From: Methanobacteriota archaeon
GTDB lineage: Archaea > Thermoplasmatota > E2 > DHVEG-1
DNA: 64,000 bases
Direction of reading: 5' to 3'
NCBI GenBank assembly: GCA_963769885.1
Contig: CAVYNH010000005.1
Span: forward strand, 32,001-96,000
Positions 30,585 to 40,560 of this stretch are shown one piece after another; the first letter of the stretch is position 1; each line of letters starts with the position of its first letter. Position numbers and translations under genes: made by a program. A model generated the notes under the pieces. That model had not been told where the DNA came from. It made no database searches and saw only the letters and a list, made by a program, of their open reading frames with translations.

Positions 30585-30610
30585 GCTGAGAGATTACGCT
30601 GAGAGATTAC
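30585..30610. repeat. Perfect 13-bp tandem duplication
   Basis: gctgagagattac x2, just upstream of the MFS start. Confidence 0.85.
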
Positions 30611-30720
30611 CACCGGGTAGCCCTGTGGAATTCAAATACTTTGGGTTTCTGATCACTCCCGCGATTCCAGCCAATCGGTCATGAAGCAGGGGATGGGCAT
30701 GCCGACGAAAGCTTTTAAGC

Positions 30721-31383
30721 ATGGCCTCTATCAAGTCCCCCATGGATGGTCGCATGGGACAGCGCATGCCTCTTGACGTACCCTACGTGCGTCAGACGCA
30801 GAGCGCCACCTGCGGCCCCGCCTGCTTGATGATGGTCCTGAAATATTGGGATCCTTCTTTCGTACTTTCTCCACGTGTCGAATACCGCCTCTGGTGGAAG
30901 AGCTTCTCGCTGGTATTCTTCGGCGGGACGCTGCCCGGCGGTTTGGCAGCAGCTGCCCACGCCTATGGCTTTCGAAGCGAAATCTGCCGCAAGACGCCCT
31001 GGGCCTCATGCTACCCCAAGGCAACCCGACTTGTTGGCCTCCTTGATGACTGGACGTTGGCCCGGGCACGCCGTCAGCACATCCCCATCACCTACGGAAG
31101 GGAAAACGACACCGTCGCCCGAGAGGCCCTAAACCAGGGAATCCCGCCAATCGTCATGGTGAACCTGAAGCCGCTCATCGGCGAGAACGTCTTCCACTGG
31201 ATCGTCCTCACCGGCCTCGATGATGACACCGCCTACATCAACGACCCCTACGTCCCTGCAGGATCCCCAAGCAAGATGAAGAAGAACCACCCCGTCCCCC
31301 TAGACCTCTTTGGACAGGCGATGGCGACCGACACCTACCGGCATCTCCGACTCCCGCCAACCATCGTCCTCGTCCACAAATAA
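30721..31383 (+). CDS. Peptidase C39-like protein (DUF3335-like)
   Basis: VPYVRQ....TCGPACLMM, HWIVLTG, YINDP catalytic Q/C/H/D; true start may be 30742 or 30766. Confidence 0.85.
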   Translation: MASIKSPMDGRMGQRMPLDVPYVRQTQSATCGPACLMMVLKYWDPSFVLSPRVEYRLWWKSFSLVFFGGTLPGGLAAAAHAYGFRSEICRKTPWASCYPKATRLVGLLDDWTLARARRQHIPITYGRENDTVAREALNQGIPPIVMVNLKPLIGENVFHWIVLTGLDDDTAYINDPYVPAGSPSKMKKNHPVPLDLFGQAMATDTYRHLRLPPTIVLVHK

Positions 31384-31434
31384 CAAAATGGGGGTACCAA
31401 GCTTCTAATAGCCCCACGGGCATTGAGCACAACG

Positions 31435-32724
31435 ATGCGCATCCTCATCACCGACGAGCTCAGCCTCAGCACCATCCTCTCCCCCGCCCACCGCTCCTTC
31501 CTCTACACCTTCTCCTTTATGCCCACCGTCATCACCGCCCGTCAGCTCGCCGCCGTCACCCCACCCCACCACCAGGTCACGATCCTCGAAGGCAGCCGCA
31601 CCCCCGACCCCACCATCCACTTCGATGTCGTCCACATCAACTTCAAGACCGCCCTCGCCCCCCGCGCCTACCAGATCGCCGACCGCTATCGCTCCCATGA
31701 GACCACCGTCATCCTCAGCGGCTACCACCCCACCGCCCTCCCCCAAGAGGCGGCCCAGCACGCCGACAGCGTCCTCATCGGTGACGCCACCACGCTGTGG
31801 CCCCGCGTCATCACCGACCTCGAGCACCATACTCTAAAACCAACCTACACCACCACCCCCTCCGACCGCCTCCTCCTCCCCTCCACCCGCGACGTGCACC
31901 TCTACGGCATCCAACTCTCCGCCTCCATCGAAGCCACCCGCGGCTGCCCCCACCGCTGCGACTTCTGCCAAGACTCCAACATCAGAGAAGGCGACCTCTT
32001 CCGCGCCCGACCCCTCGACGACGTCATCGCCGAGGTCACCGCCCTCCCCCAGAAGATCTTCTTCTTCACCGACTTCTCCCTCACCATCGACCTCGCCTAC
32101 ACCAAAGACCTCTTCTGCCGCCTCCGCCACACCCACAAGAAATTCATCTGCGGCGGCAACATCGACGTCCTCGGCACCGACCCTGAACTCCTCGCCCTCG
32201 CCTCCCAGGCCGGGTGCATCGAATGGATCAGCGGACTGGAGACCTTCACCCAAGCAGCCCTCGACCACGCACACAAACCCACCAACATCGTCGACGAGTA
32301 CGCCGCCGCCGTCCGCGCCGTCCACCGCCACCACATGGCAATCTTTGGGACCTTCATCCTCGGCTTCGACGAAGACACCTCCGACGTCTTCGCCGCCATG
32401 CACGCTCACATCAACCGCGTCGGCCTCGACTCCGTCAACTTCGCGCTCCTCACCCCCTACCCCGGCACCCCCCTATTTGACCGCCTCGACCGAGAAGGCC
32501 GGCTCCTCACCAAAGACTGGGCCTTGTACGACCGTCATCACGTCGTCTTCAGACCAAAACACATGACGCCAGACGAACTCTACGCTGGATTCCGACGACT
32601 CACCCGCGTCTACAGTCGACTTCCCTCGATGGGATATCGGTCGTTGCGCAGCCTCCGTGCCGGACCTTACCCATTCATCGCCACCGCCGCCGGCAACCTC
32701 AGCCAATACCTCAAAGCAACCTGA
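31435..32724 (+). CDS. B12-binding domain radical SAM protein
   Basis: LAAVTP..APRAYQIAD..G.HPT..P.EA..HAD cobalamin-binding domain; RGCPHRCDFC; TPYPGTPLF. Confidence 0.92.
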   Translation: MRILITDELSLSTILSPAHRSFLYTFSFMPTVITARQLAAVTPPHHQVTILEGSRTPDPTIHFDVVHINFKTALAPRAYQIADRYRSHETTVILSGYHPTALPQEAAQHADSVLIGDATTLWPRVITDLEHHTLKPTYTTTPSDRLLLPSTRDVHLYGIQLSASIEATRGCPHRCDFCQDSNIREGDLFRARPLDDVIAEVTALPQKIFFFTDFSLTIDLAYTKDLFCRLRHTHKKFICGGNIDVLGTDPELLALASQAGCIEWISGLETFTQAALDHAHKPTNIVDEYAAAVRAVHRHHMAIFGTFILGFDEDTSDVFAAMHAHINRVGLDSVNFALLTPYPGTPLFDRLDREGRLLTKDWALYDRHHVVFRPKHMTPDELYAGFRRLTRVYSRLPSMGYRSLRSLRAGPYPFIATAAGNLSQYLKAT

Positions 32725-32734
32725 CTCGATCCTG

Positions 32735-32921
32735 GATTCCCGCCTTTGTACTAATCTCCTGTTTCGCCTGCGACTACACCACACGGCTCCCTCGGCGGAA
32801 CACTATACGTCAACCACACGTTCCCACCAATCACTGAGCCCTGCCCAATCGTCACCCGACCCAGGATCGTCGTCTCGGAGTAAATGATCACGTCATCCTC
32901 CATAATCAGATGCCGCGGGAG
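32735..32921 (-). pseudogene. cysE: Decayed C-terminal fragment of serine O-acetyltransferase (CysE/EpsC-type)
   Basis: Translates LPRHLIMEDDVIIYSETTILGRVTIGQGSVIGGNVWLTYSVPP, then a frameshift to GSRVV*SQAKQE; in-frame stop just upstream, N-terminal part missing. Confidence 0.78.
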
Positions 32922-33008
32922 AAAAATACTGAGCTAGAGTGCAATCCCCATGGAAGTAATAGAGGATATTTTTTAGCGACCTCCAACAGGAGAAAAAAAA
33001 GTACAAAG

Positions 33009-33081
33009 TGCCGCAGGAGGGGATCGAACCCTCGACATCACGGTCTTCAGCCGTGCACTCTCCCTGCTGAGTTACCGCGGC
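33009..33081 (-). tRNA. tRNA-Phe (GAA)
   Basis: GCCGCGG acceptor, anticodon arm CACGG-CTGAAGA-CCGTG, T-arm GAGGG-TTCGATC-CCCTC; no encoded CCA, no intron. Confidence 0.97.
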
Positions 33082-33113
33082 AAAGAAACCCCAGACAAAA
33101 CACCACGGGTATT

Positions 33114-33434
33114 TTATCCGAGCTCCGACATGATGTCACTAATAGTCCCACTCATCTCTTTAAGCTTTGCCTTCAACACCGGAATCGCCTTGTTCACCGA
33201 CTCCGTCGTCACCGCCCCCTGCGGCGACGGCTCAATCAACCCCTCCTGCTCCAAAATCCGCAACGAATACCGCACCATATGCTGCGGATGCTTCGTCAAC
33301 TCACTAAGCTTAATGATCCCCGCCGGCTCATTCTCCTTCAACGTCTTCAACACCAGCACATGCCGGCGCAAAATATCAAGCTCAGTCTCAATCACATTCG
33401 TCAACACAATACGGTCCTTCCGCTCGGATTTCAT
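33114..33434 (-). CDS. Archaeal winged-HTH transcriptional regulator (COG3388-like)
   Basis: RH..VL......P.GI.KLS......H.VRYSLR.LE..GLI.PS..GA. Confidence 0.8.
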   Translation of the reverse strand: MKSERKDRIVLTNVIETELDILRRHVLVLKTLKENEPAGIIKLSELTKHPQHMVRYSLRILEQEGLIEPSPQGAVTTESVNKAIPVLKAKLKEMSGTISDIMSELG

Positions 33435-33552
33435 GTCCTAAAATACCCCCAAAGCTAGGATACTTGCTAACACACGTAATTACCAACCTATATTTAAAAT
33501 CTCCCCGAAACACAAACTACATAACACCACACCAAACTACCACACCCCACCC

Positions 33553-34449
33553 ATGACGCACGCCCTCACCACCACCTGGTTCGGCACCTTCCTCCTCCAC
33601 AACAACACCATCACCCAACACATCCTCTTCCCTCCCACTCCCACCGACATCGCCGACCGCCTCCACCACATCCACACCAACCGCATCCTGCCCGAAGAAC
33701 ACGCCCTCGCAGACCACCACCCTGACCTTCTCATTAACGAAAAACGCCTCGAACCCCTCGGCCATTACAACCCCACCAACCCCATCTTCCGCCACACCCC
33801 AGACCCCACCGCCTACGGCATCTCCACAAGCCTCCTCCACGACGCCGCCCTCCACCTCACCAAACAACAAGTCACCGCACAACTCCGCCGCCCAGACCTC
33901 GGCATCATCCAACAAGTCAACGCCCTCGACAACCTTATCCAGACCGCCAACCTCCTCTCTGAACGACTCACCAGTTGGAGCCAACTCCCCGACACCGAAG
34001 GCAAACGACAGCCCTTCGCCGCCGTCCTCTCCACCGTCAACGCCGAAATCGACCGCCTCCAAACTCAGATTGACGCAGACATGTACGCCACCGCCCCTAA
34101 CTTGGCGACCCTCGCCGGCCCGCTTATTGGTGCCCGTCTTATCGCCTATGCTGGCGGCCTGGACCACCTCGCGATGCTGCCGGCCTCCACCATTCAGCTC
34201 CTCGGCGCGGAAAAAGCCCTGTTCCGTTTCAAAAAAGAAGGCGGCCGGCCCCCCAAGCATGGTATCCTGTTCCAACACCCGCTCATCAACCGCGCCCCGC
34301 GCACTGAACGCGGACGGCGCGCACGCACCCTCGCCGCGACCCTGACCATCGCGGTCAAAGCAGACGTCTTCACAAAACGACTCATCCACGAGGAACTCAG
34401 CAGAGACCTGGAAAAAAAACTCGCCGGGTTCGCCCCACGGACCCGCTAG
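33553..34449 (+). CDS. nop5: C/D box sRNP protein Nop5 (Nop56/58)
   Basis: APNL..LAGP.IGARLIA.AGGL..LA.LPASTIQLLGAEKALFR, PPKHGILFQHP, RGR.AR.LA. Confidence 0.93.
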   Translation: MTHALTTTWFGTFLLHNNTITQHILFPPTPTDIADRLHHIHTNRILPEEHALADHHPDLLINEKRLEPLGHYNPTNPIFRHTPDPTAYGISTSLLHDAALHLTKQQVTAQLRRPDLGIIQQVNALDNLIQTANLLSERLTSWSQLPDTEGKRQPFAAVLSTVNAEIDRLQTQIDADMYATAPNLATLAGPLIGARLIAYAGGLDHLAMLPASTIQLLGAEKALFRFKKEGGRPPKHGILFQHPLINRAPRTERGRRARTLAATLTIAVKADVFTKRLIHEELSRDLEKKLAGFAPRTR

Positions 34450-34688
34450 GACTCTTCCTTCAACGCGTGAAACTGCTCGTCCTGCAGCTCCTTAATGTAC
34501 TTCTCCAGCTGCTGAATCGCCATCAGCAATTTGTAGATATCCCCATCGTGAGGACCAGGAGGGACCGCAGTCTGCGGAAATTTCTCTTTACGTTTATGGA
34601 AATCCGAGGCCTCATACTTCGCCTTCAGGAGATCACGGGCCCGAATCAAGGTCTTGATCTGATCAGATAATTCTTGGAACTTGTTCAT
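34446..34688 (-). CDS. Small helical hypothetical protein
   Basis: 80-aa ORF with coiled-coil-like pattern, same strand as tgtA. Confidence 0.7.
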   Translation of the reverse strand: MNKFQELSDQIKTLIRARDLLKAKYEASDFHKRKEKFPQTAVPPGPHDGDIYKLLMAIQQLEKYIKELQDEQFHALKEES

Positions 34689-34768
34689 AGCAGTCCACGT
34701 TCCCAGCGCATACCAACCGATGACGGCTCTGAAATAAATTTTGATTAGTTATAGTTTGTGTCCCGGGA

Positions 34769-36703
34769 CTACCCGGGGAGCGTCTCCCGGGGCTTTACCG
34801 CCACGCCCACCGAAAACGCCGCCATCTCATCCGGGGAAAGCAATACGCGGCCCACTCCCAGCAGCTGATCCTCGGAATCAACGATTAGGCATTCATCACC
34901 GGGGCGCAGGCTCGGGTCACAGGAGTCGACGAACTTGGCAAACACGCTCTTGCCCTCACGGACAAACGGCATCGCATCCGCATGGACACAAACCCGCAAC
35001 AGTGGCCGTGGGAATGCCTGATGCAAACGTTCCCCCCCTGCCAGCTTCAAGGTGAACAATCCATCCTCCGCCCGCATCGAGACGACGTGCGTGTCATCAG
35101 CGAGTACGTTTCGGATCTTCTGTGTCGTCTTTGATTTTATGATCTTGAGATTGCCAGTGAAGAGGGCGGTTCCAGCCCCACGGCCGAACTGCATATCGGC
35201 GACCGCTCGTATCCGACGGTGATCGAGGTCCTCCGCCGTACCGGTGAGGCCTAGGGGGAGGTCTTCTCCGGGCTCCCATGGGACCACGGTCTGTGATTGG
35301 AGGAATTCACCAAGCCGTTTCTGGGCCTCGAGCTGGGTCTCTAGGTCAGGCGTGGCCGGGAACACGGATTGCGCACAGGGGAACATCTCGTCTAAAGCGA
35401 GGGGGACGGGGCCGAGGGTGGAGTCGACGACGACATCCGCGGCGAGGGTCGGAAGCGCGAAGACGATGGTTGGATAGGAGCTGGAGAACGGCTTGGTGCG
35501 TTCAGGGATGACGATCGTCGTCGTGTACATCGGCTCATAGCGTGTCATGAGCTGCGTGTGGTAGCGATGAAGGAGCGGGCGGTGGATCGTGGCGGGGCCG
35601 GTATAGCGGATGGCGCGGGTTTTGCTTCGCGGCTCGTGGTGTTCGAGGAATGATTGGATTGGGGGGTCTCTGAGGCGTCGGAGGGCGTCGGCGAGCGCGG
35701 GGGTGGTGGCGGCGCTGTGTTCGACGAGTTCCCAAAGCCATCCTTCGGTGATTGCGGTGCGGATGGTGCGCAGCTCCGCGTAGCTGACGTAGAGGTTGTG
35801 CAGGGCGAGGGTCTTGACGCGTTCGTCGCCGGTCATTTCCTGCAGCTCCTCGGCGGTGTATTTGGTGCAGATGGGGCAGGGGCAGGGGAGGTCGGAGAGA
35901 TCGGGGAGTCGTTCGGTGCCCCAAGGGAGGAGGTAGCGGTCGTCTTGGGCGTACTTGGCGTAGGCGGAGGAGTCGAAGAGGTCGCAGCCGAGGGCGACGG
36001 CGAGGGGGAAAAGGAGGGGGTGGCCTGCGCCGAAGAGGTGGACGGGCCGGGAGGGGTCGAGGCCTTGTTTGGCGGCGGCGATGACAGTGACGAGGTCGGG
36101 GTAGCGTTGGGTCTCCATGAGGGGGACGACGCCGCCTATGGGGTAGACGTCGGCGTGGAGTTTGGAGAGTTCTTGGGCGCAGTGGGTGCGGAGGTCTGGG
36201 TAGAGGCCGCCTTGGACGGGGCAGGCGAGCATCATGGGGCCTTTGTGTGGGAGGCTTTGTTGGGCGCGGTGGATGGTTTCGGTGATGCCTGCCTGGGCTT
36301 GTGCGTGGGTGTGGTGTGGTTCGCTGAAGATGTCGAGGATGGTGCCGATGTCGCTTTTGATGTCGCGTTGGAATTCGACGATCTGGATGGGGTCGAGGTG
36401 GACATCGCCGTAGACGTGGCTTTGGAAGGTGCCGGAGTCGGTCATGATGGTGCTGTGGAAGTGGAGGAGGCGGTGGAGGCCTTGTTTGAGGGCGGCGGTG
36501 TGGAGGTCTGGGTGTTTGTAGATGATGTAGGCGTTGGTGATGAGGATGTCGGTGTGGTAGCGTCTGGTGAGTTCGGGTGGGGGGATGAGGAGTTTGTTGG
36601 GGTTGATGACGGGCAGGAGGGTGGGGGTGGTGATGGTGCCGTGGGGTGTGGTGAGGCGGCCGAGGCGGCCGGTGGCGTCGCGTGCTTTGAGTTCGAAGGT
36701 CAT
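34769..36703 (-). CDS. tgtA: Archaeosine tRNA-guanine(15) transglycosylase with C-terminal PUA domain
   Basis: MTDSGTFQ, PVQGG, GGVVPLME, HLFGAGHP, DLFDSSAY, Zn site CPCPIC..H, PUA GKSVFAKFV; start ATG 36703. Confidence 0.95.
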   Translation of the reverse strand: MTFELKARDATGRLGRLTTPHGTITTPTLLPVINPNKLLIPPPELTRRYHTDILITNAYIIYKHPDLHTAALKQGLHRLLHFHSTIMTDSGTFQSHVYGDVHLDPIQIVEFQRDIKSDIGTILDIFSEPHHTHAQAQAGITETIHRAQQSLPHKGPMMLACPVQGGLYPDLRTHCAQELSKLHADVYPIGGVVPLMETQRYPDLVTVIAAAKQGLDPSRPVHLFGAGHPLLFPLAVALGCDLFDSSAYAKYAQDDRYLLPWGTERLPDLSDLPCPCPICTKYTAEELQEMTGDERVKTLALHNLYVSYAELRTIRTAITEGWLWELVEHSAATTPALADALRRLRDPPIQSFLEHHEPRSKTRAIRYTGPATIHRPLLHRYHTQLMTRYEPMYTTTIVIPERTKPFSSSYPTIVFALPTLAADVVVDSTLGPVPLALDEMFPCAQSVFPATPDLETQLEAQKRLGEFLQSQTVVPWEPGEDLPLGLTGTAEDLDHRRIRAVADMQFGRGAGTALFTGNLKIIKSKTTQKIRNVLADDTHVVSMRAEDGLFTLKLAGGERLHQAFPRPLLRVCVHADAMPFVREGKSVFAKFVDSCDPSLRPGDECLIVDSEDQLLGVGRVLLSPDEMAAFSVGVAVKPRETLPG

Positions 36704-36839
36704 GTGGTGCGTGGTGTATAGGCGGGGTGGTTTTTTTATTCTTCCCAGGGTTCGCGTTCGAAGACTTTGAGGAGGTCGTTGCGGGTGACGAGAAGGAGTA
36801 AGAGTTGTGTACGGACTTCGTTCTTTGTTATAAGTGGTG

Positions 36840-37607
36840 TTACAGGATCTGGATTGGATCGAGGATTTTTCGTAACACTGCGATGGCCGAGAGGGATGCC
36901 ATGTAGCTGGATTTGGGGTTGTTCGGGTTTGGCATGTTCTCGACTTCGGCGCGTAGTCTGCCGAAGTGGCCGTGGGCGAGGATGCGGTGGTCGATACGGG
37001 TGGAGACGGGATCGGCGACGATCTGGACGCGGGTGCGGTCGAAGCCGAGGCCGGCGAGGCTGAGGCAGGCAGCGACGTTGATGTTTTTTGGGTATTTTTT
37101 GACGGCGTCGCGGGCGCTGCCTTCATAGACGACGGTGCGTTTGTCGGCCTGGATGCCGAGGGACTCGGGGGGTTTGGTGGTGACGAGGGTGACGCTGTCG
37201 AGTTGGGCCATGTGAGCGGCGAAGATACCGTCGATGCCGCAGACGGCTCCAGAGGGCAGGTAGATGCGGCAGTTGTTTTGGCGGGCGGTGACTTCGAGCC
37301 GTTTGAGGAGGTCGGAGTCGAAGAGGCTGCCGATGCTCATGATGACGATGTCTTTTCTGGCGTCGAGGATGTCATAGGCGTATTGTGTTACGGCTTCTTG
37401 TGAGGCGGCTTCGAAGACGGTGTCGACGTGTGGTAGGAGCTCCTGGAGGCTGTTGACCGTGGTTGCTCTAGTGCATTTTTTTTCGAGTCGGTGCATGGCC
37501 TCGGGGACTTTGTCGAAGAGATAGAGGGCTTCGATGCCGGGCATCGTGTCGGCGGCGAGGGCGACGTCGGTGCCGATGGCGCCGCATCCGATGATTCCGA
37601 GTTTCAT
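36840..37607 (-). CDS. nadX: L-aspartate dehydrogenase
   Basis: IIGCGAIG, EAASQEAV, PSGAVCGID, P.N.NVAA.L, NP.NPKSS. Confidence 0.94.
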   Translation of the reverse strand: MKLGIIGCGAIGTDVALAADTMPGIEALYLFDKVPEAMHRLEKKCTRATTVNSLQELLPHVDTVFEAASQEAVTQYAYDILDARKDIVIMSIGSLFDSDLLKRLEVTARQNNCRIYLPSGAVCGIDGIFAAHMAQLDSVTLVTTKPPESLGIQADKRTVVYEGSARDAVKKYPKNINVAACLSLAGLGFDRTRVQIVADPVSTRIDHRILAHGHFGRLRAEVENMPNPNNPKSSYMASLSAIAVLRKILDPIQIL

Positions 37608-37656
37608 AGGGGAAAACCAAAACCTTAAACCAGAGACCTATATAAAAGCTGACAGT

Positions 37657-38475
37657 ATGGATGCTATTGACCGGTTCTTCGAGGAGGATTTAGGCAGACA
37701 GGGTGATATCACGTCTGATGCCTTGTTTTCGTCTGAAAACGCGGTGGGGGAGGTGTGGGTGAAGCAGCCGTGCATGCTCGCGGGTCTTGAGGAGGCGTCG
37801 GTGGTCTTCGCTCGAGCGGGGGCGTCCTTCTCTGGGAGGTTTCATGATGGGGATATGATTACAGAGAAGTCCGTGGTCGGGGCCGTTTCGGGTCCGGTTA
37901 AGGGGATTTTGAAGGCGGAGCGTCTGGCGTTGAATTTCTTGGGTCGGATGAGTGGGATTGCGACGCAGACGAAGGAGCTGGTCGATCTCTGCCGTACGGT
38001 GAATCCGCGTGTTCATGTTGCGGCGACGCGGAAGACAACGCCGGGATTCCGTGCTTTTGAGAAAAAAGCGGTGGTGATCGGGGGCGGTGAGCCGCATCGG
38101 ATGGGTTTGTATGATGCCATCTTAATCAAAGACAATCATTTACGGGTCATCGGGTCGGTGGAGAAAGCGGTGGCGGCGGTGCAGCGGGCGCGGCCGGGGA
38201 TGCCGGTTGAGATCGAGGTTGAGGACGAGCATGATGCGCTGGTCGCGGCGCGTCTGGGGGTCGCATGCATCATGTTGGATAATATGGATCCGTGGATGGG
38301 GTCTGCGGTCGCCTCGAAGATTCGGGCGCTTGATCCGAAGATTCTGATTGAGGTTTCTGGTGGCATCACGACCGCGAACATCGCGCAGTATGCTCGGTAT
38401 GCGGATCGCATCTCGGTGGGTGCACTCACGCATTCGGTGCGTAGCGTGGATTTTTCTCTTGAGCTGATCGGCTGA
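37657..38475 (+). CDS. nadC: Quinolinate phosphoribosyltransferase
   Basis: ED....GDIT, ERLALN..MSGIAT, TRKTTPG, HRMGL.D.ILIKDNH, EIEV, MLDN, EVSGGI, GALTHS; start ATG 37657. Confidence 0.96.
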   Translation: MDAIDRFFEEDLGRQGDITSDALFSSENAVGEVWVKQPCMLAGLEEASVVFARAGASFSGRFHDGDMITEKSVVGAVSGPVKGILKAERLALNFLGRMSGIATQTKELVDLCRTVNPRVHVAATRKTTPGFRAFEKKAVVIGGGEPHRMGLYDAILIKDNHLRVIGSVEKAVAAVQRARPGMPVEIEVEDEHDALVAARLGVACIMLDNMDPWMGSAVASKIRALDPKILIEVSGGITTANIAQYARYADRISVGALTHSVRSVDFSLELIG

Positions 38476-38553
38476 GGAAATATTTAAGAAGCATTCAGCG
38501 GTTACCATTATTAGACTTCCGTAATAATTAATGAGGGGTTTTATCGAAGGAGG

Positions 38554-39690
38554 ATGGTGAAGAGAGCTATGATGCGTAAGATGGTTGAGGATGTGATTTC
38601 TACTAACGACGTTGCTCAAACTGAGGAAAAGACCCGGACGAAGGGGACGATAAAGGTCGCCGGCGTCCAGGACGAAGAGCTTGAGGAGGTCCTGAACAGT
38701 CTGACGACCACGATCAAAGTCGTGGGCTGCGGCGGCGCCGGGACGAACACGATCTCCCGCTGCTTCGAGGCGGGGATCAACGGCGCGGAACTGATTTCTA
38801 TTAATACTGATGCGCAGCATCTGCTGCTTGCTGATTCTCCGCATAAGATCCTCATCGGGCGGCATCTGACCCGCGGCCTCGGGGCGGGGTCGCTGCCGCA
38901 GATTGGTGAGGAGGCCGCGAAGGAAAGTGAAAAAGACATCCGTGAGAGCATCATCCCAGCGGACATGGTGTTCATTACCGCCGGGCTGGGCGGCGGGACT
39001 GGGACTGGGTCTGCGCCGATCATTGCCCAGATTGCTCGTGAGGCGGGTGCGCTCACCATAGGTGTGGTGACGATGCCGTTCAACGTCGAGGGGCAGATCC
39101 GCCGGGACAATGCTGAAGCGGGGCTGAAGTCCCTGCGGGAGACCTGTGACACCGTCATCGTGATTCCGAATGATAAGCTGCTGGAGATCGTGCCGAACCT
39201 GGCGATCAACGCGGCGTTCAAGGTCGCGGATGAGGTCCTCATGCGGTCCATTAAGGGCATCACGGAGATGATCACCATGCCGGGGCTGGTGAACCTCGAC
39301 TTCGCTGATTTGAAGACGGTGATGAAGCGCGGCGGCGTTGCCCTTATCGGCCTGGGTGAGGCTGAGGGGGAGAACAAGGCCGTGGATGCGGTCGCGGAGG
39401 CGATCAACTCCCCGCTGCTTGAGGTGGATGTGACTGAAGCGACTGGCGCCTTGGTGAACGTCATCGGCGGCTCGGATATGACGCTGCGTGAGGCGGAACG
39501 CGTGGTGGAGGAGATCTACACGCGGATCGACAAGAACGCGCGGATCATCTGGGGAACGACGATCGATCCGACGATGAAGAAGTCGATCCGGGCGATGCTG
39601 GTCGTGACCGGGGTGAAGTCTAAGCAGATTTTCGGGCCGAGTGCGAAATCGAAGGATGAGGCGGAGTTCGGGATTGATTTTATCTCTTAA
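38554..39690 (+). CDS. ftsZ: Cell division protein FtsZ (FtsZ1)
   Basis: [23 protein letters not shown] tubulin signature, NLDFAD. Confidence 0.98.
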   Translation: MVKRAMMRKMVEDVISTNDVAQTEEKTRTKGTIKVAGVQDEELEEVLNSLTTTIKVVGCGGAGTNTISRCFEAGINGAELISINTDAQHLLLADSPHKILIGRHLTRGLGAGSLPQIGEEAAKESEKDIRESIIPADMVFITAGLGGGTGTGSAPIIAQIAREAGALTIGVVTMPFNVEGQIRRDNAEAGLKSLRETCDTVIVIPNDKLLEIVPNLAINAAFKVADEVLMRSIKGITEMITMPGLVNLDFADLKTVMKRGGVALIGLGEAEGENKAVDAVAEAINSPLLEVDVTEATGALVNVIGGSDMTLREAERVVEEIYTRIDKNARIIWGTTIDPTMKKSIRAMLVVTGVKSKQIFGPSAKSKDEAEFGIDFIS

Positions 39691-39756
39691 ACCCTGCCCA
39701 AATCCTTTATATATCTCTTTCCCTTTGCCCCTATCTAATTACCCTGAGGTGATACT

Positions 39757-40005
39757 GTGGCTGAGAAAGAGCGATTTCTCGAGAGAGCCTGGCGGGTTCA
39801 GCATAAGATTGAAGAGCGTAATGCGCGCATCGGCAAGGGCAAGTACGGGCGCGTCCTGAAGATGGCCCGCAAGCCGACGGACGAGGAGTACAGCCGCACG
39901 GTCAAAATCACAGGGATCGGCATCCTGGCCATCGGCGCGGTCGGGTTTCTCATCTACATCGTCCGTGAGCTCGTCGCCCCCTGGATCCTGAGTTTCTTCC
40001 ATTAA
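39757..40005 (+). CDS. secE: Protein translocase SecE/Sec61-gamma
   Basis: YGRVLKMARKP..EEY plus one TM; conserved position between ftsZ and spt5. Confidence 0.93.
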   Translation: MAEKERFLERAWRVQHKIEERNARIGKGKYGRVLKMARKPTDEEYSRTVKITGIGILAIGAVGFLIYIVRELVAPWILSFFH

Positions 40006-40041
40006 TTCTATGAGGTTTTGAGGCGAGGAGGACAGTAGTTT

Positions 40042-40545
40042 ATGGAGAACGAGAACACGGTTGCTGAAGAGGCCCCGAAGTCCTGCATCTTTTCGATTAA
40101 GACCCAGGTCGGCAAGGAGCAGAATACAGCGGACCTGCTGACGAGCCGGGCTCGGAAGGGGAAACTGGACATCACTTCTATCCTGGTCACGCCGGAGTTG
40201 CGTGGCTACATCTTCGTCGAGGCGTTCGACGAGGAATTGATTAAGAACACGATTAAGACGATTTCCTATGCGCGCAATATGCTGGAGGGGAGCATCCCTA
40301 TCGAGCAGATTGCGCATTTCCTGACGCCGACGTCCGCGGTCGCAAAGATCACGGAAGGCGACGTCGTCGAGATGATCGCTGGGCCGTTCCGCGGGGAGAA
40401 GGCCAAGATCACCCACATCGACTACGCCAAGGAGGAGATCACCGTGGAGTTCTTGGAGTCCATGGTCCCCATCCCGATCACGGTCCGCGGCGACCAAGTC
40501 CGGATCATCAAGCGTAAAGAAGAAGACAGAAGAGAAGAGAAATAA
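40042..40545 (+). CDS. spt5: Transcription elongation factor Spt5 (NusG)
   Basis: T.VG.E, LRGYIFVE NGN domain; KOW motif GDVVE.IAGPFRGEKA. Confidence 0.96.
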   Translation: MENENTVAEEAPKSCIFSIKTQVGKEQNTADLLTSRARKGKLDITSILVTPELRGYIFVEAFDEELIKNTIKTISYARNMLEGSIPIEQIAHFLTPTSAVAKITEGDVVEMIAGPFRGEKAKITHIDYAKEEITVEFLESMVPIPITVRGDQVRIIKRKEEDRREEK

Positions 40546-40560
40546 GGAGACATCTCACGC

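Noticed and set aside
29040-32724. RiPP cluster (C39 peptidase, radical SAM, exporter)
   Set aside because: No precursor ORF, no SPASM/RRE domain recognised, and the C39-like protein is not fused to an ABC exporter; kept only as a low-interest neighbourhood.
36704-37126. 140-aa N-terminal extension of TgtA in the ORF track (similar extensions on dus, PHP, arsC, nadC and 57804..60062)
   Set aside because: The extensions overlap neighbouring genes or promoters and lack family character; downstream ATGs match the family N-termini.
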